Below the pieces are notes generated by a model. The model saw only the letters and a program-made list of their open reading frames with translations, had not been told where the DNA came from and did no database searches. The position numbers were made by a program, and so were the translations under genes. DNA of 57,015 nt from Patescibacteria group bacterium (GTDB taxonomy: Bacteria; Patescibacteriota; Microgenomatia; Levybacterales; UBA12049), in contig JAMCZC010000037.1 in NCBI GenBank assembly GCA_023485865.1, forward strand, positions 1 to 57,015. The letters run 5' to 3'. Shown in pieces: positions 1 through 7,811 of the stretch. Position 1 is the first letter of the stretch. Each line of letters opens with the position of its first letter.

Positions 1-1
1 C

Positions 2-256
2 AGGCATCGCTGTCAGGATAATCCGTATTGTGACGAAATAGATGAGGATTATAATGCAGCTGCACATATTAGATCTTTAGCTCTTTCCCATTCCAGTGTT
101 ATAGTGCCTATTAGAAAAGGAAAATTAGAGCTAGGGAAATATCAGCAAGTGGCCATATTTGAATTTGACGGAAGAGATGGCAAGGGGAAAAATCCTATAA
201 GAACAAGAACAGTTCAGATTTGGATTAGCCCATCCGAAAATTTAACGATTATTTAA
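2..256 (+). CDS. C-terminal fragment of a YjbQ/UPF0047-family protein (5' end lies outside the window)
   Basis: The frame is open from the window edge to TAA at 254-256. The translation ...AAAHIRSLALSHSSVIVPIRKGKLELGKYQQVAIFEFDGR...RTVQIWISPSE resembles the conserved YjbQ C-terminus (G-x-L-x-LG-x-[WY]Q-x-[IV]). Confidence 0.55.
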   Translation, partial: RHRCQDNPYCDEIDEDYNAAAHIRSLALSHSSVIVPIRKGKLELGKYQQVAIFEFDGRDGKGKNPIRTRTVQIWISPSENLTII

Positions 257-311
257 TCCTATAATAATTTGTTTAGCAATCATTTTTGTAGTATAATCAG
301 ACAACGAAAAT

Positions 312-1094
312 ATGGCAGAGTATAAAATTGTAACATTAATTAAACTAGGCGGATCAATAATTACCGATAAGAATAAGGCTTACACTACAAAGCCAGAAGT
401 TATAAAACGTCTGGCAAAAGAATTGAAGAAAAGTAAAAATCCTTTTATTTTAGCTCATGGAAGCGGCAGTTTCGGCCATACTTCCGCGGCAAAATATGGG
501 GGCAAAAAGGGGTATAAAAGTAAGGAAGGAATTGCAAAAGTCGCAAGAGACGCGATGGAAATAAATAGAATAGTTATGGATATTTTAGTAGAAGCGGGGC
601 TTCCGGCAGTTTCTTTTCGACCGATGAGTATGATTTTGACAAATGAAGGTAAAATAGAGAATAGTTTTTTTGAATCTATAGAGCTTTCGTTTAAGCAAGG
701 TTTAATCCCGGTAGTTTACGGAGACGTTATTTGGGATAAGAAATGGAAAAGCACAATCTATTCAGGAGAGACAATTTTAAATAGAATCGGAGTATATATG
801 CAAAAAAAAGGTTTTAAGATTAGTAAAATAATCCAAGTTGGCGAAACTAACGGTGCGTATGATGGTAAAAAAAACACAATTCCGGTTATTACAAGGAAAA
901 CCTGGCCAGATTTTAAAAAATTTGTTTTTGGACTAAAAGTAAATGATGTTACCGGCGGAATGGAACACAAAATTGAAGATGCATTAAAAATGGCAGATTT
1001 AGGGGTTAAAACATTACTGGTAAATGGTATGATAAAAAATGAATTATCAAATGCTCTCTCCGGTAAAAAAATTGAAGGGACTTTAATTAAATAA
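312..1094 (+). CDS. isopentenyl phosphate kinase (amino-acid-kinase fold)
   Basis: 260 aa. It has N-terminal IKLGGSIITDK, then HGSGSFGH, and C-terminal DVTGGMEHKI, which are the hallmark IPK motifs of the archaeal-type mevalonate route. Confidence 0.75.
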   Translation: MAEYKIVTLIKLGGSIITDKNKAYTTKPEVIKRLAKELKKSKNPFILAHGSGSFGHTSAAKYGGKKGYKSKEGIAKVARDAMEINRIVMDILVEAGLPAVSFRPMSMILTNEGKIENSFFESIELSFKQGLIPVVYGDVIWDKKWKSTIYSGETILNRIGVYMQKKGFKISKIIQVGETNGAYDGKKNTIPVITRKTWPDFKKFVFGLKVNDVTGGMEHKIEDALKMADLGVKTLLVNGMIKNELSNALSGKKIEGTLIK

Positions 1095-1095
1095 T

Positions 1096-1791
1096 ATGAC
1101 AGCAGAGCAGTTAGGGCCAGCCATTATTACAACAGAGGTCACTCCTACCAGACTTGTTTCTGGGGAAGCAGAGACAAGGCAGAGTATAGGTGTCGCGCTC
1201 TTAATTGTAGCAATTGATCCGCGTAGAAACGGTGACAATACAACTGATCCTCTAATCTGGACCCTAACAGAATTACAGGCAAAAGCAGAAACCGAAAAAA
1301 CCCCGGGAGAGATTTCAATCCCGGCCGAAACTAAAAAAGTAGGCGAATACAGGGTAGCAAATATCTTAGGAGCACTGGCTGAATTTTGTGATGACAATGC
1401 TATTCCTCATCTGGCAGACCATCTTTTCTTAGCAGACGGTTTTTATAGGGAAAAAGGAATTATTATAAATAGTAATCCTGTCGATTTGGCAGTTTTAGTT
1501 TACAATGGGCCACTTGATATTTCTCTTGCTCCCCAAAGCTCCACCGAGGTTATTGGTAATGGGTGGATTAATAGAAGTAGAATTCGTAGAATGGACGGCG
1601 TGAGGTCCGTACTTACCCAAGCTGTCGAGATTGATGCCTTGGAAGGGTTAACCAGTAGAGCTCTTGAGGCATATTACACTGAGTCTGGAATGACAAAGAT
1701 TTTCTCTCCGGGATTTTCGATGAGAAGTTTTTACGAAAAAAGAGAAATTTTGCCGGACGTATCGATTTATCCTCGATTAGAACAAGCTTAA
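1096..1791 (+). CDS. hypothetical protein, possibly Nudix-fold with a degenerate Nudix box
   Basis: 231 aa; the start lies 1 nt after the IPK stop, so the genes are tightly coupled. The segment PGEISIPAETKKVGEYRVANILGALAEF aligns by eye to the Nudix pattern PGxWxxPGGxxExGE...REhxEExG, but the REx2EE residues are replaced. GC is visibly higher than in the neighbours. Confidence 0.5.
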   Translation: MTAEQLGPAIITTEVTPTRLVSGEAETRQSIGVALLIVAIDPRRNGDNTTDPLIWTLTELQAKAETEKTPGEISIPAETKKVGEYRVANILGALAEFCDDNAIPHLADHLFLADGFYREKGIIINSNPVDLAVLVYNGPLDISLAPQSSTEVIGNGWINRSRIRRMDGVRSVLTQAVEIDALEGLTSRALEAYYTESGMTKIFSPGFSMRSFYEKREILPDVSIYPRLEQA

Positions 1792-1865
1792 TTAACCACC
1801 TCTAGTTTCAATATTTGTGATTAGATTATAAAATTTATCTTTCCCCGCGGGGGCGCTAGGTAAGA

Positions 1866-2750
1866 TTAATTTTTCCTATCTTTAATAGTTTCTATAAATT
1901 TATGAAATTCTTTTTTATAGTTGTTGGTAAGTTTTGATTTCTCAATTATTTTTTTAGCCTTTTCTAAATATTCTTCAATTTTTTTGACAGCTTCTTGTTT
2001 TGACTCTGTATTTTCAGAATCTAACAAATCGTCTTGCAATTGAAAAGCCAAGCCAAGATTTAACCCTAAATCTTCACAGAACTGCTCGGTATTCTTATCA
2101 ACATTTATTAACGCTGCTCCGATTTGAAGCGGTCTTATAAAAGTATAGCTTGCGGTTTTAAGCTTATCTTTTTTATCGATTAACTCTTTTAGAATATCGT
2201 TTCTCGTTGTAATGTCGATGTCAATTATCTGTCCTAAAATTACGTCATTAGCCATTTTATTGAAAAATAATTTTGCATCTCTCAGTTTATTTTCATCAAA
2301 ATAAATTTCGTCGAAGACAGAATAAGCCCAAACTAGCAAGATGTCGCCTAAAAGAATTGCCTGGGAATTGCCGATATGTTTTAAGTCTCCGGTTCTACCT
2401 TCTTTTTGAAGCTTTTCTTTTACATATTTATGAACGGTTTTTACGCCATGCCTTTCAGAGCTTTTGTCCATTATGTCGTCATGAATTAACGCGAAATTGT
2501 GGAATAATTCAAGGGAAATAAAAAGCTCTAAAGCTTTTTCTTTCTCTTTTCCGCCTAAAGCTGCATACATAAGATACGAAACATAAGGCCTAATACGCTT
2601 TCCCCCACTTTCAATTAATTTTTGAGAATACGCAATAATGTCAAGAATAAAAGGATCGTTAACATTTTCAGAAAAAGCCGCAATTTTCTTATCTAAGTAT
2701 TGTTTGAGGATAGGGTCAAACGTTTTCTTGAATTCTTTTAAATCACACAT
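1866..2750 (-). CDS. polyprenyl diphosphate synthase (FPP/GGPP synthase family)
   Basis: 294 aa with a first Asp-rich motif LIHDDIMD and a second Asp-rich motif FQLQDDLLD. Confidence 0.85.
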   Translation of the reverse strand: MCDLKEFKKTFDPILKQYLDKKIAAFSENVNDPFILDIIAYSQKLIESGGKRIRPYVSYLMYAALGGKEKEKALELFISLELFHNFALIHDDIMDKSSERHGVKTVHKYVKEKLQKEGRTGDLKHIGNSQAILLGDILLVWAYSVFDEIYFDENKLRDAKLFFNKMANDVILGQIIDIDITTRNDILKELIDKKDKLKTASYTFIRPLQIGAALINVDKNTEQFCEDLGLNLGLAFQLQDDLLDSENTESKQEAVKKIEEYLEKAKKIIEKSKLTNNYKKEFHKFIETIKDRKN

Positions 2751-2852
2751 ATTTTAGTCCTGTAATTATAGCAGATTACGCTCTTCACAGGGATTTCGTA
2801 AAAGATTTTTATGAGTCAACCATGAGTCTTATTAAAATTTCCTTCGCGTATT

Positions 2853-2880
2853 ATTCTCAATTTCTTAAGAAATTGAGAAT
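2853..2880. promoter_or_regulatory. 28-nt perfect palindrome, candidate operator for the adjacent ArsR-type regulator
   Basis: ATTCTCAATTTCTT|AAGAAATTGAGAAT is a perfect inverted repeat. It ends 1 nt before the TGgTAATAT -10 element of the 2897 gene. Confidence 0.55.
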
Positions 2881-2881
2881 A

Positions 2882-2890
2882 TGGTAATAT
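2882..2890 (+). promoter_or_regulatory. extended -10 promoter (TGgTAATAT) 6 nt upstream of the ATG; leaderless-type
   Basis: TGgTAATAT is followed by gaaaat and then the ATG at 2897. There is no SD. Confidence 0.45.
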
Positions 2891-2896
2891 GAAAAT

Positions 2897-3166
2897 ATGT
2901 TAAATTATAGACATCTTGAGAAAATAACCAAAGGTTTTTCAAACCACAGGCGGATACAGATAATAGAACTAATAAATGAAGCGCCCGATCTTTCCCTCAT
3001 GGAAATTTCTTCAAGGCTTAAAATTAATATAAAAACCGCCAATGTTCATATTGGCAAACTTGTCTCCGCGGGCTTAGTTTTGAAGCGGAATCGCGGAGTA
3101 AATGTTTTACACAAACTTTCTCCTCTGGGCTCTGTTATTCTTAAATTCTTAAGAAAATTAGAATAA
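2897..3166 (+). CDS. ArsR/SmtB-like winged helix-turn-helix transcriptional regulator
   Basis: 89 aa. FSNHRRIQIIELI...LSLMEISSRLKINIKTANVHIGKLVSAGLV is a typical ArsR HTH layout. Confidence 0.7.
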   Translation: MLNYRHLEKITKGFSNHRRIQIIELINEAPDLSLMEISSRLKINIKTANVHIGKLVSAGLVLKRNRGVNVLHKLSPLGSVILKFLRKLE

Positions 3167-3251
3167 GCTTAATAGCTATTATTAGATATTCGTAATAAAG
3201 AAGGATGTTATTAAAAAATTGTGCGAAGTAGTATATAATACAGAAGAAGTT

Positions 3252-3322
3252 CGGGGTGTAGTTTATCGGTAGAATGCGCGCATGGGGTGCGTGTGGGCCG
3301 AGTTCAATTCTCGGCACCCCGA
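3252..3322 (+). tRNA. tRNA-Pro (anticodon GGG)
   Basis: Hand-folded cloverleaf. Acceptor stem is CGGGGTG/CACCCCG with discriminator A. D arm is GTTT-ATCGGTA-GAAT. Anticodon stem is CGCGC/GCGTG with loop A-T-GGG-G-T (U33 and G37 present). T arm is CCGAG-TTCAATT-CTCGG. No CCA is encoded. Confidence 0.85.
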
Positions 3323-3366
3323 CTTAAAGAATTTCTAAACTGACCTCTTGTATTTTAACATAAAAT

Positions 3367-3375
3367 TGCTAAAAT
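3367..3375 (+). promoter_or_regulatory. extended -10 promoter (TGcTAAAAT) 6 nt upstream of the recA ATG; leaderless-type
   Basis: TGcTAAAAT is followed by ggcctt and then the ATG at 3382. There is no SD. Confidence 0.5.
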
Positions 3376-3381
3376 GGCCTT

Positions 3382-4482
3382 ATGGCAAGACAGGCAGGAA
3401 AATCTCAATCAAGTAAAGCCTCAAATGACCCTTCGGAAGGCGCACAAAAACTCGAAGCGGTAAAACTGGCGATGGAGCAAATCGAAAAACAGTACGGAAG
3501 AGGCTCTATAATGAGGTTTGGGGACGTTGGAGACAAGCTGGATATATCGGTCATCTCCACAGGCTGCTTGCCCTTAGATCTGGCACTAGGCGTAGGTGGA
3601 GTGCCAAGAGGCAGAATCATTGAAATTTATGGTCCCGAAGCTTCCGGAAAAACAACGGTTTCTTTGTCAATTATTGCCCAAGCGCAAAAACACGGAGGCG
3701 TCGCGGCGTTTATCGACGCGGAACATGCGCTTGATCCTTTATGGGCAGAAAGAATCGGCGTAAAACTTGACGAGCTTCTAATTTCCCAGCCCGATACCGG
3801 CGAACAGGCGCTGGAAATCGCTGAAAGTTTAATCAGAAGCGGCGGAGTTGATGTCTTGGTAATAGATTCTGTTGCCGCCTTGGTGCCGCGTGCAGAAATC
3901 GAAGGCGAAATGGGAGATGCGGTGATGGGATTACAGGCAAGGCTTATGTCCCAGGCTCTTCGGAAATTAACCGGAGTTATATCAAAGTCAAAAACCGTTG
4001 TAATCTTTACCAACCAATTAAGGCAAAAAATAGGCGTAATGTTTGGTAATCCCGAAACAACAACAGGAGGATTAGCCCTTAAATTTTATGCCTCCGTTAG
4101 AATGGACGTAAGAAAAATAGAAACACTCAAAGATGGTGATAAGGCTATTGGTTCAAGGCACAGAGTTAAAATTGTTAAGAACAAAGTGTCATCACCTTTT
4201 AGAATAGCTGAATTTGATGTAATGTCCGATACTGGAATTTCCAGAGAAGGCGGAATTATGGATGTCGGAGTTGAAATGGGCATTGTGCAAAAATCAGGAG
4301 CATTTTTTAGATACGGCGATTTGATGCTTGGACAGGGAAAACAAGCGGCCATAATATTTTTGCGAGAAAAGCCCGATGTTGCAAAAAAAATTGTTGATGA
4401 AATAATGAAAAAAAGTAAAACCTCCGGAACACCGGTTGAAGTAGGAGTTGAGAATGAAGAGAAAGAATCTGACTCCGAGTGA
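3382..4482 (+). CDS. recA: recombinase RecA
   Basis: 366 aa with Walker [13 protein letters not shown] and [10 protein letters not shown]; the L1/L2 regions are conserved. Confidence 0.97.
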   Translation: MARQAGKSQSSKASNDPSEGAQKLEAVKLAMEQIEKQYGRGSIMRFGDVGDKLDISVISTGCLPLDLALGVGGVPRGRIIEIYGPEASGKTTVSLSIIAQAQKHGGVAAFIDAEHALDPLWAERIGVKLDELLISQPDTGEQALEIAESLIRSGGVDVLVIDSVAALVPRAEIEGEMGDAVMGLQARLMSQALRKLTGVISKSKTVVIFTNQLRQKIGVMFGNPETTTGGLALKFYASVRMDVRKIETLKDGDKAIGSRHRVKIVKNKVSSPFRIAEFDVMSDTGISREGGIMDVGVEMGIVQKSGAFFRYGDLMLGQGKQAAIIFLREKPDVAKKIVDEIMKKSKTSGTPVEVGVENEEKESDSE

Positions 4483-4942
4483 CAATTTCGCAATAAACCT
4501 CAATAGGGCTTTACGTTTTCTTTCTTTCCGCCCCCGCAGCGAAAAAGAGGTGATGGATTATCTTAAGAAAAAACAAGTCGATGAACTTAATTCTCAAAAA
4601 ATCATAGATAAGCTTAAAGAACACAAATTCTTAAATGACGAGGAGTTTGCAAAATGGTGGATTGAACAAAGGACATTAATTAAGCCAAGAGCATGGAGGA
4701 TTATCAAATTAGAATTGAGAGCAAAGGGAATAGACGATGATGTAATTCAAAATTCAGAATTCAAAATTCAGAATGATCTTGAAACTGCAGTTAAATTAGC
4801 GCAAAAACGCCTGCCAAGATACAAAAATTTACCTAAGCTTGAAATTTATCAAAAACTAGGCAGGTGCCTTGTTTCCAAGGGATTTGATTGGGAAACGGTA
4901 AAGAAAAGCATTGACGAGGTATTTTCTAAAGAGTATAATTAA
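4448..4942 (+). CDS. recX: recombination regulator RecX
   Basis: 164 aa directly after and overlapping rec[23 protein letters not shown] is a typical RecX repeat helix. The start codon choice is uncertain. Confidence 0.75.
   Translation: MRMKRKNLTPSDNFAINLNRALRFLSFRPRSEKEVMDYLKKKQVDELNSQKIIDKLKEHKFLNDEEFAKWWIEQRTLIKPRAWRIIKLELRAKGIDDDVIQNSEFKIQNDLETAVKLAQKRLPRYKNLPKLEIYQKLGRCLVSKGFDWETVKKSIDEVFSKEYN
4744..4774. repeat. 14-nt tandem repeat (AATTCAAAATTCAG x2 plus a partial copy), 7-nt sub-period, inside recX
   Basis: Exact copies lie at 4744-4757 and 4758-4771. The repeat encodes NSEFKIQND. Confidence 0.8.
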
Positions 4943-5058
4943 ATTTAATAAAGACACGGGAAGTTGTTTTATGAAAAAAGTAAAAACTTTTCTTCAAGAA
5001 CTATTTAAAAGGCTTAAAATTTAAGCCTGCTTCGTCGTGTCCTCAAGATTAAAATATT

Positions 5059-6321
5059 ATGCAAAACCAGGATTTAGTAAGTCTAGAAAAAAAACTCCTT
5101 GAAAAACAAGAGAAAATTGACAACGAGAAGGAACAGCTTGAAAAAGAAAAAGAGCGGTTGGACGAGCTTAAAGACGAATACAGGCAAAAACTATCGAAAA
5201 CTTCCCAAATGACAGCCGACGAAGCAAAAAAAGAACTCCTAAAAGAAACAGAAGACAAAGAAACTGCGGCTTTAGCTAAACTTATTAAAGAACGGGAAGA
5301 AGAGGCAAAAATAACTTCGGACAGAAAAGCAAGGGAAATTTTAGTTGACAGTATGCGCCACGGAGCGCTCAATTATATAGCGGAATATACGGTTTCTGTG
5401 GTAAAAATTGAAGACGAAGATTTAAAGGGCAGGATTATCGGTAAAGAAGGAAGAAATATCAGGGCGTTCGAACAGGCAACCGGAGTCGATGTGGATTTAG
5501 ACGAAGAAGGAGTAATAAGACTTTCTTCATTTGACCAGGTAAGGCGCGAAGTTGCCAGAAGATCTTTGGAGATATTGATAAAAGATACGAGAATTCAGCC
5601 TTTCAGGATAGAGGAAATAGTAAGTGAGACAAGGAAAGAAGTTGAAAAAATTATGCTTGAAGAGGGCGAAAAACTTGCTCATGAAGTCGGGGTTTTTAAT
5701 TTACCGCCCGAACTTTTGTCTATTTTAGGCCGCTTTAAATTTAGAACTTCTTACGGACAAAATTTAATAGTACACACCCTGGAAGAAACAAAAATAGGTA
5801 TTCATATTGCAAGTGAAATAGGTGCGGATGTTAACATTGTCCGTTTGGGATGCTTGTTCCACGATATTGGCAAAGTGGTTGAGGGGGAAGGAAGCCACGT
5901 TAAGTTGGGTGTCGAATTATTAAAAAGATTTAATATTCCGGAAACAATCGTCAATTGTGTTGCGGAGCATCATGAAGATAAACCTTTCTCTTCGGTAGAA
6001 TCAATAATTGTTTATATTTCAGATTCGATTTCGGGAGCAAGGCCGGGAGCAAGATACGAAGACGTTGAGGAATACGGGAAAAGGTTAAAAGATATGGAAG
6101 AAATTGCCAAAAAATATGATGGCGTTGAAGACGCTTATGCTTTTGAAGCAGGAAGAGAACTTAGGGTTATTATAAATCCCGGGAAACTCGACGATGCCGA
6201 AACGACTTTGGTTGCACAAAAAATTAGAGAAGAGGTAAGTAAATCCTTAGCCGTTCCCGGCGAAGTAAAAGTCACGGCAATCAGAGAATTCCGCGCAGTT
6301 TCCTCCGAATCAACTCCCTAA
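5059..6321 (+). CDS. rny: ribonuclease Y (KH + HD domains), lacking the usual N-terminal membrane helix
   Basis: 420 aa with an N-terminal coiled coil, the KH motif GRIIGKEGRNIRAFE and the HD motif LFHDIGK. An in-frame TAA lies 9 nt upstream of the ATG, so no N-terminal extension is possible. Confidence 0.9.
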   Translation: MQNQDLVSLEKKLLEKQEKIDNEKEQLEKEKERLDELKDEYRQKLSKTSQMTADEAKKELLKETEDKETAALAKLIKEREEEAKITSDRKAREILVDSMRHGALNYIAEYTVSVVKIEDEDLKGRIIGKEGRNIRAFEQATGVDVDLDEEGVIRLSSFDQVRREVARRSLEILIKDTRIQPFRIEEIVSETRKEVEKIMLEEGEKLAHEVGVFNLPPELLSILGRFKFRTSYGQNLIVHTLEETKIGIHIASEIGADVNIVRLGCLFHDIGKVVEGEGSHVKLGVELLKRFNIPETIVNCVAEHHEDKPFSSVESIIVYISDSISGARPGARYEDVEEYGKRLKDMEEIAKKYDGVEDAYAFEAGRELRVIINPGKLDDAETTLVAQKIREEVSKSLAVPGEVKVTAIREFRAVSSESTP

Positions 6322-6377
6322 ATGGGGCTTGACAAGTATCTCATTTACGTTGTATTGTTAAGCTAATCACAATAAGC

Positions 6378-6447
6378 CACTAGCAACTAGCCGCTAGCTT
6401 TTAGTTAAACTGATTGCTAGATGCTGATTGCTAGATGCTGGATGGGG
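6378..6447. repeat. 70-nt stretch with strict 7-nt register in the HU 5' leader (CACTAGC AACTAGC CGCTAGC ... ATTGCTA GATGCTG ATTGCTA GATGCTG)
   Basis: Read directly from the sequence. CTGATTGCTAGATG occurs at 6410-6423 and 6424-6437. The ACTAGC units of the first half are complementary to the GCTAG units of the second half. Confidence 0.8.
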
Positions 6448-6459
6448 AGGTGAGTTAAT

Positions 6460-6732
6460 TTGACAAAAAAAGATCTAATAGAATTAGTCGCTAAAAAATC
6501 AAATCTTACAAATAAAGCATCAAGGGATTCGGTTTCCGCTTTTCTTAATGGGATCAGGGATTCTCTTAAAAGAGGCGAAAAAGTTGTAATAACAGGCTTT
6601 GGAACATTCAGCGTTAGAAAGAGAGCGTCAAGACCGGGCAGGAATCCCAAAACAGGGGAAAAGATTACAATTGAGGCCAGAAAAGCGCCTGGATTTACTC
6701 CGGGAAAAACCCTTAAGAAGGCAGTCAGATAA
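6460..6732 (+). CDS. hup: DNA-binding protein HU
   Basis: 90 aa with GFGTFSVRKRASRPGRNPKTGE. The start is TTG, 6 nt after the SD GGAGGTGA (6446-6453). Confidence 0.9.
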   Translation: MTKKDLIELVAKKSNLTNKASRDSVSAFLNGIRDSLKRGEKVVITGFGTFSVRKRASRPGRNPKTGEKITIEARKAPGFTPGKTLKKAVR

Positions 6733-6776
6733 ATTTAATAACTTCGCTTTTTTTGCTATAATACAAACTAAGGTAT

Positions 6777-7808
6777 ATGACAATACGACTTAGAACGGCC
6801 TTTTTTATAGCGTTAGGAATTATTATTGTTTGGTTTTTTTATGTTGAAAGGGCAATATTAACTCCTTTTATTTTAGCTGCTATCTTTGCCTATCTTTTTA
6901 ACCCCGTCGTTAATTTTTTCTCGCATAAAATAAAACTTCCCCGCGCAGTTTCTATAATAATTATTTATGCGCTAATTATCTTAGTCGTTATTGCAGGTAG
7001 TGTATCTTTATCCAGGAGGATACTGGATGAGTCATCCGAGCTTACACAATTTGCTGTTACTCTAAACAAAGAGGCTAAGCATCAGGTAGATGTTTTACCC
7101 GATTGGGTAAAGCCGGCCGTTAGCGACACTATTTATTCTATACAAAAAACTAAGGTATTCTCTGCTCCCTCCGATCTTTCGTTTTTTCCAAAAGCTTTCT
7201 CAAGAGTTTTGAGTTTCATAATCTTTCTTTTTTCCGCCTTTTATTTCCTAAAAGAGGGAAAAGGAATGCGGGATAAATTACTAAATTTTATGCCAAACGA
7301 GTATAAATTTGAAGTAGAAATATTACTCCGCAAAATAAATACTGCGCTCGGGAGTTATTTACGAGGACAAGTATTTTTAGTCTTATTAGTTTCTTCGGTT
7401 CTTTTTATTGCGCTTTCTATCTTGGGAGTTAAATTTGCTTTAATTTTGGCTATTTTTTCGGGACTTGCGGAAATCGTCCCGATTATCGGTCCTATCGTAG
7501 CGGCATCTCTTACTGCAACAGTCGCTTTTATTGGCGGGACATCAAATTTTTCTCTCGCTCCGTTACAAACTGCAATAGCAGTTGTTGTGATTTACACCGT
7601 TGTCCGCCAGCTGCAAGATTATTTAGTTAATCCTTATATAATGGGAAAAATAACGAAATTACATCCTCTTGTGATTCTTTTTGCGGTCTTAGCCGGAGAA
7701 CATACGGCCGGCATTTTGGGATTAATCCTTGCAGTTCCAGTGGCGGGAGTTCTTCGAATTTTTCTTGACTTTTCTTTAGATAAGATAAATGGTAAAAGCA
7801 AAGAATAA
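6777..7808 (+). CDS. AI-2E family transporter (PerM/UPF0118-like membrane protein)
   Basis: 343 aa and multi-pass hydrophobic. The conserved C-terminal region is ...VVRQLQDYLVNPYIMGK...LAVPVAG. Confidence 0.8.
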   Translation: MTIRLRTAFFIALGIIIVWFFYVERAILTPFILAAIFAYLFNPVVNFFSHKIKLPRAVSIIIIYALIILVVIAGSVSLSRRILDESSELTQFAVTLNKEAKHQVDVLPDWVKPAVSDTIYSIQKTKVFSAPSDLSFFPKAFSRVLSFIIFLFSAFYFLKEGKGMRDKLLNFMPNEYKFEVEILLRKINTALGSYLRGQVFLVLLVSSVLFIALSILGVKFALILAIFSGLAEIVPIIGPIVAASLTATVAFIGGTSNFSLAPLQTAIAVVVIYTVVRQLQDYLVNPYIMGKITKLHPLVILFAVLAGEHTAGILGLILAVPVAGVLRIFLDFSLDKINGKSKE

Positions 7809-7811
7809 AAA

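Noticed and set aside
1843-1852. The palindrome CCCCGCGGGG between convergent genes, considered as a terminator.
   Set aside because: There are no loop nucleotides and no adjoining U-run on either strand, so there is not enough to call an intrinsic terminator.
4972-5025. A 17-codon ORF (MKKVKTFLQELFKRLKI) and the hairpin GGCTTAAA-A-TTTAAGCC (5011-5027) between recX and rny.
   Set aside because: The SD is weak (GGGAAG), the peptide is not hydrophobic (so it is not a split RNase Y anchor), and the hairpin lacks a U-run. It was noted but there is too little evidence to call it.
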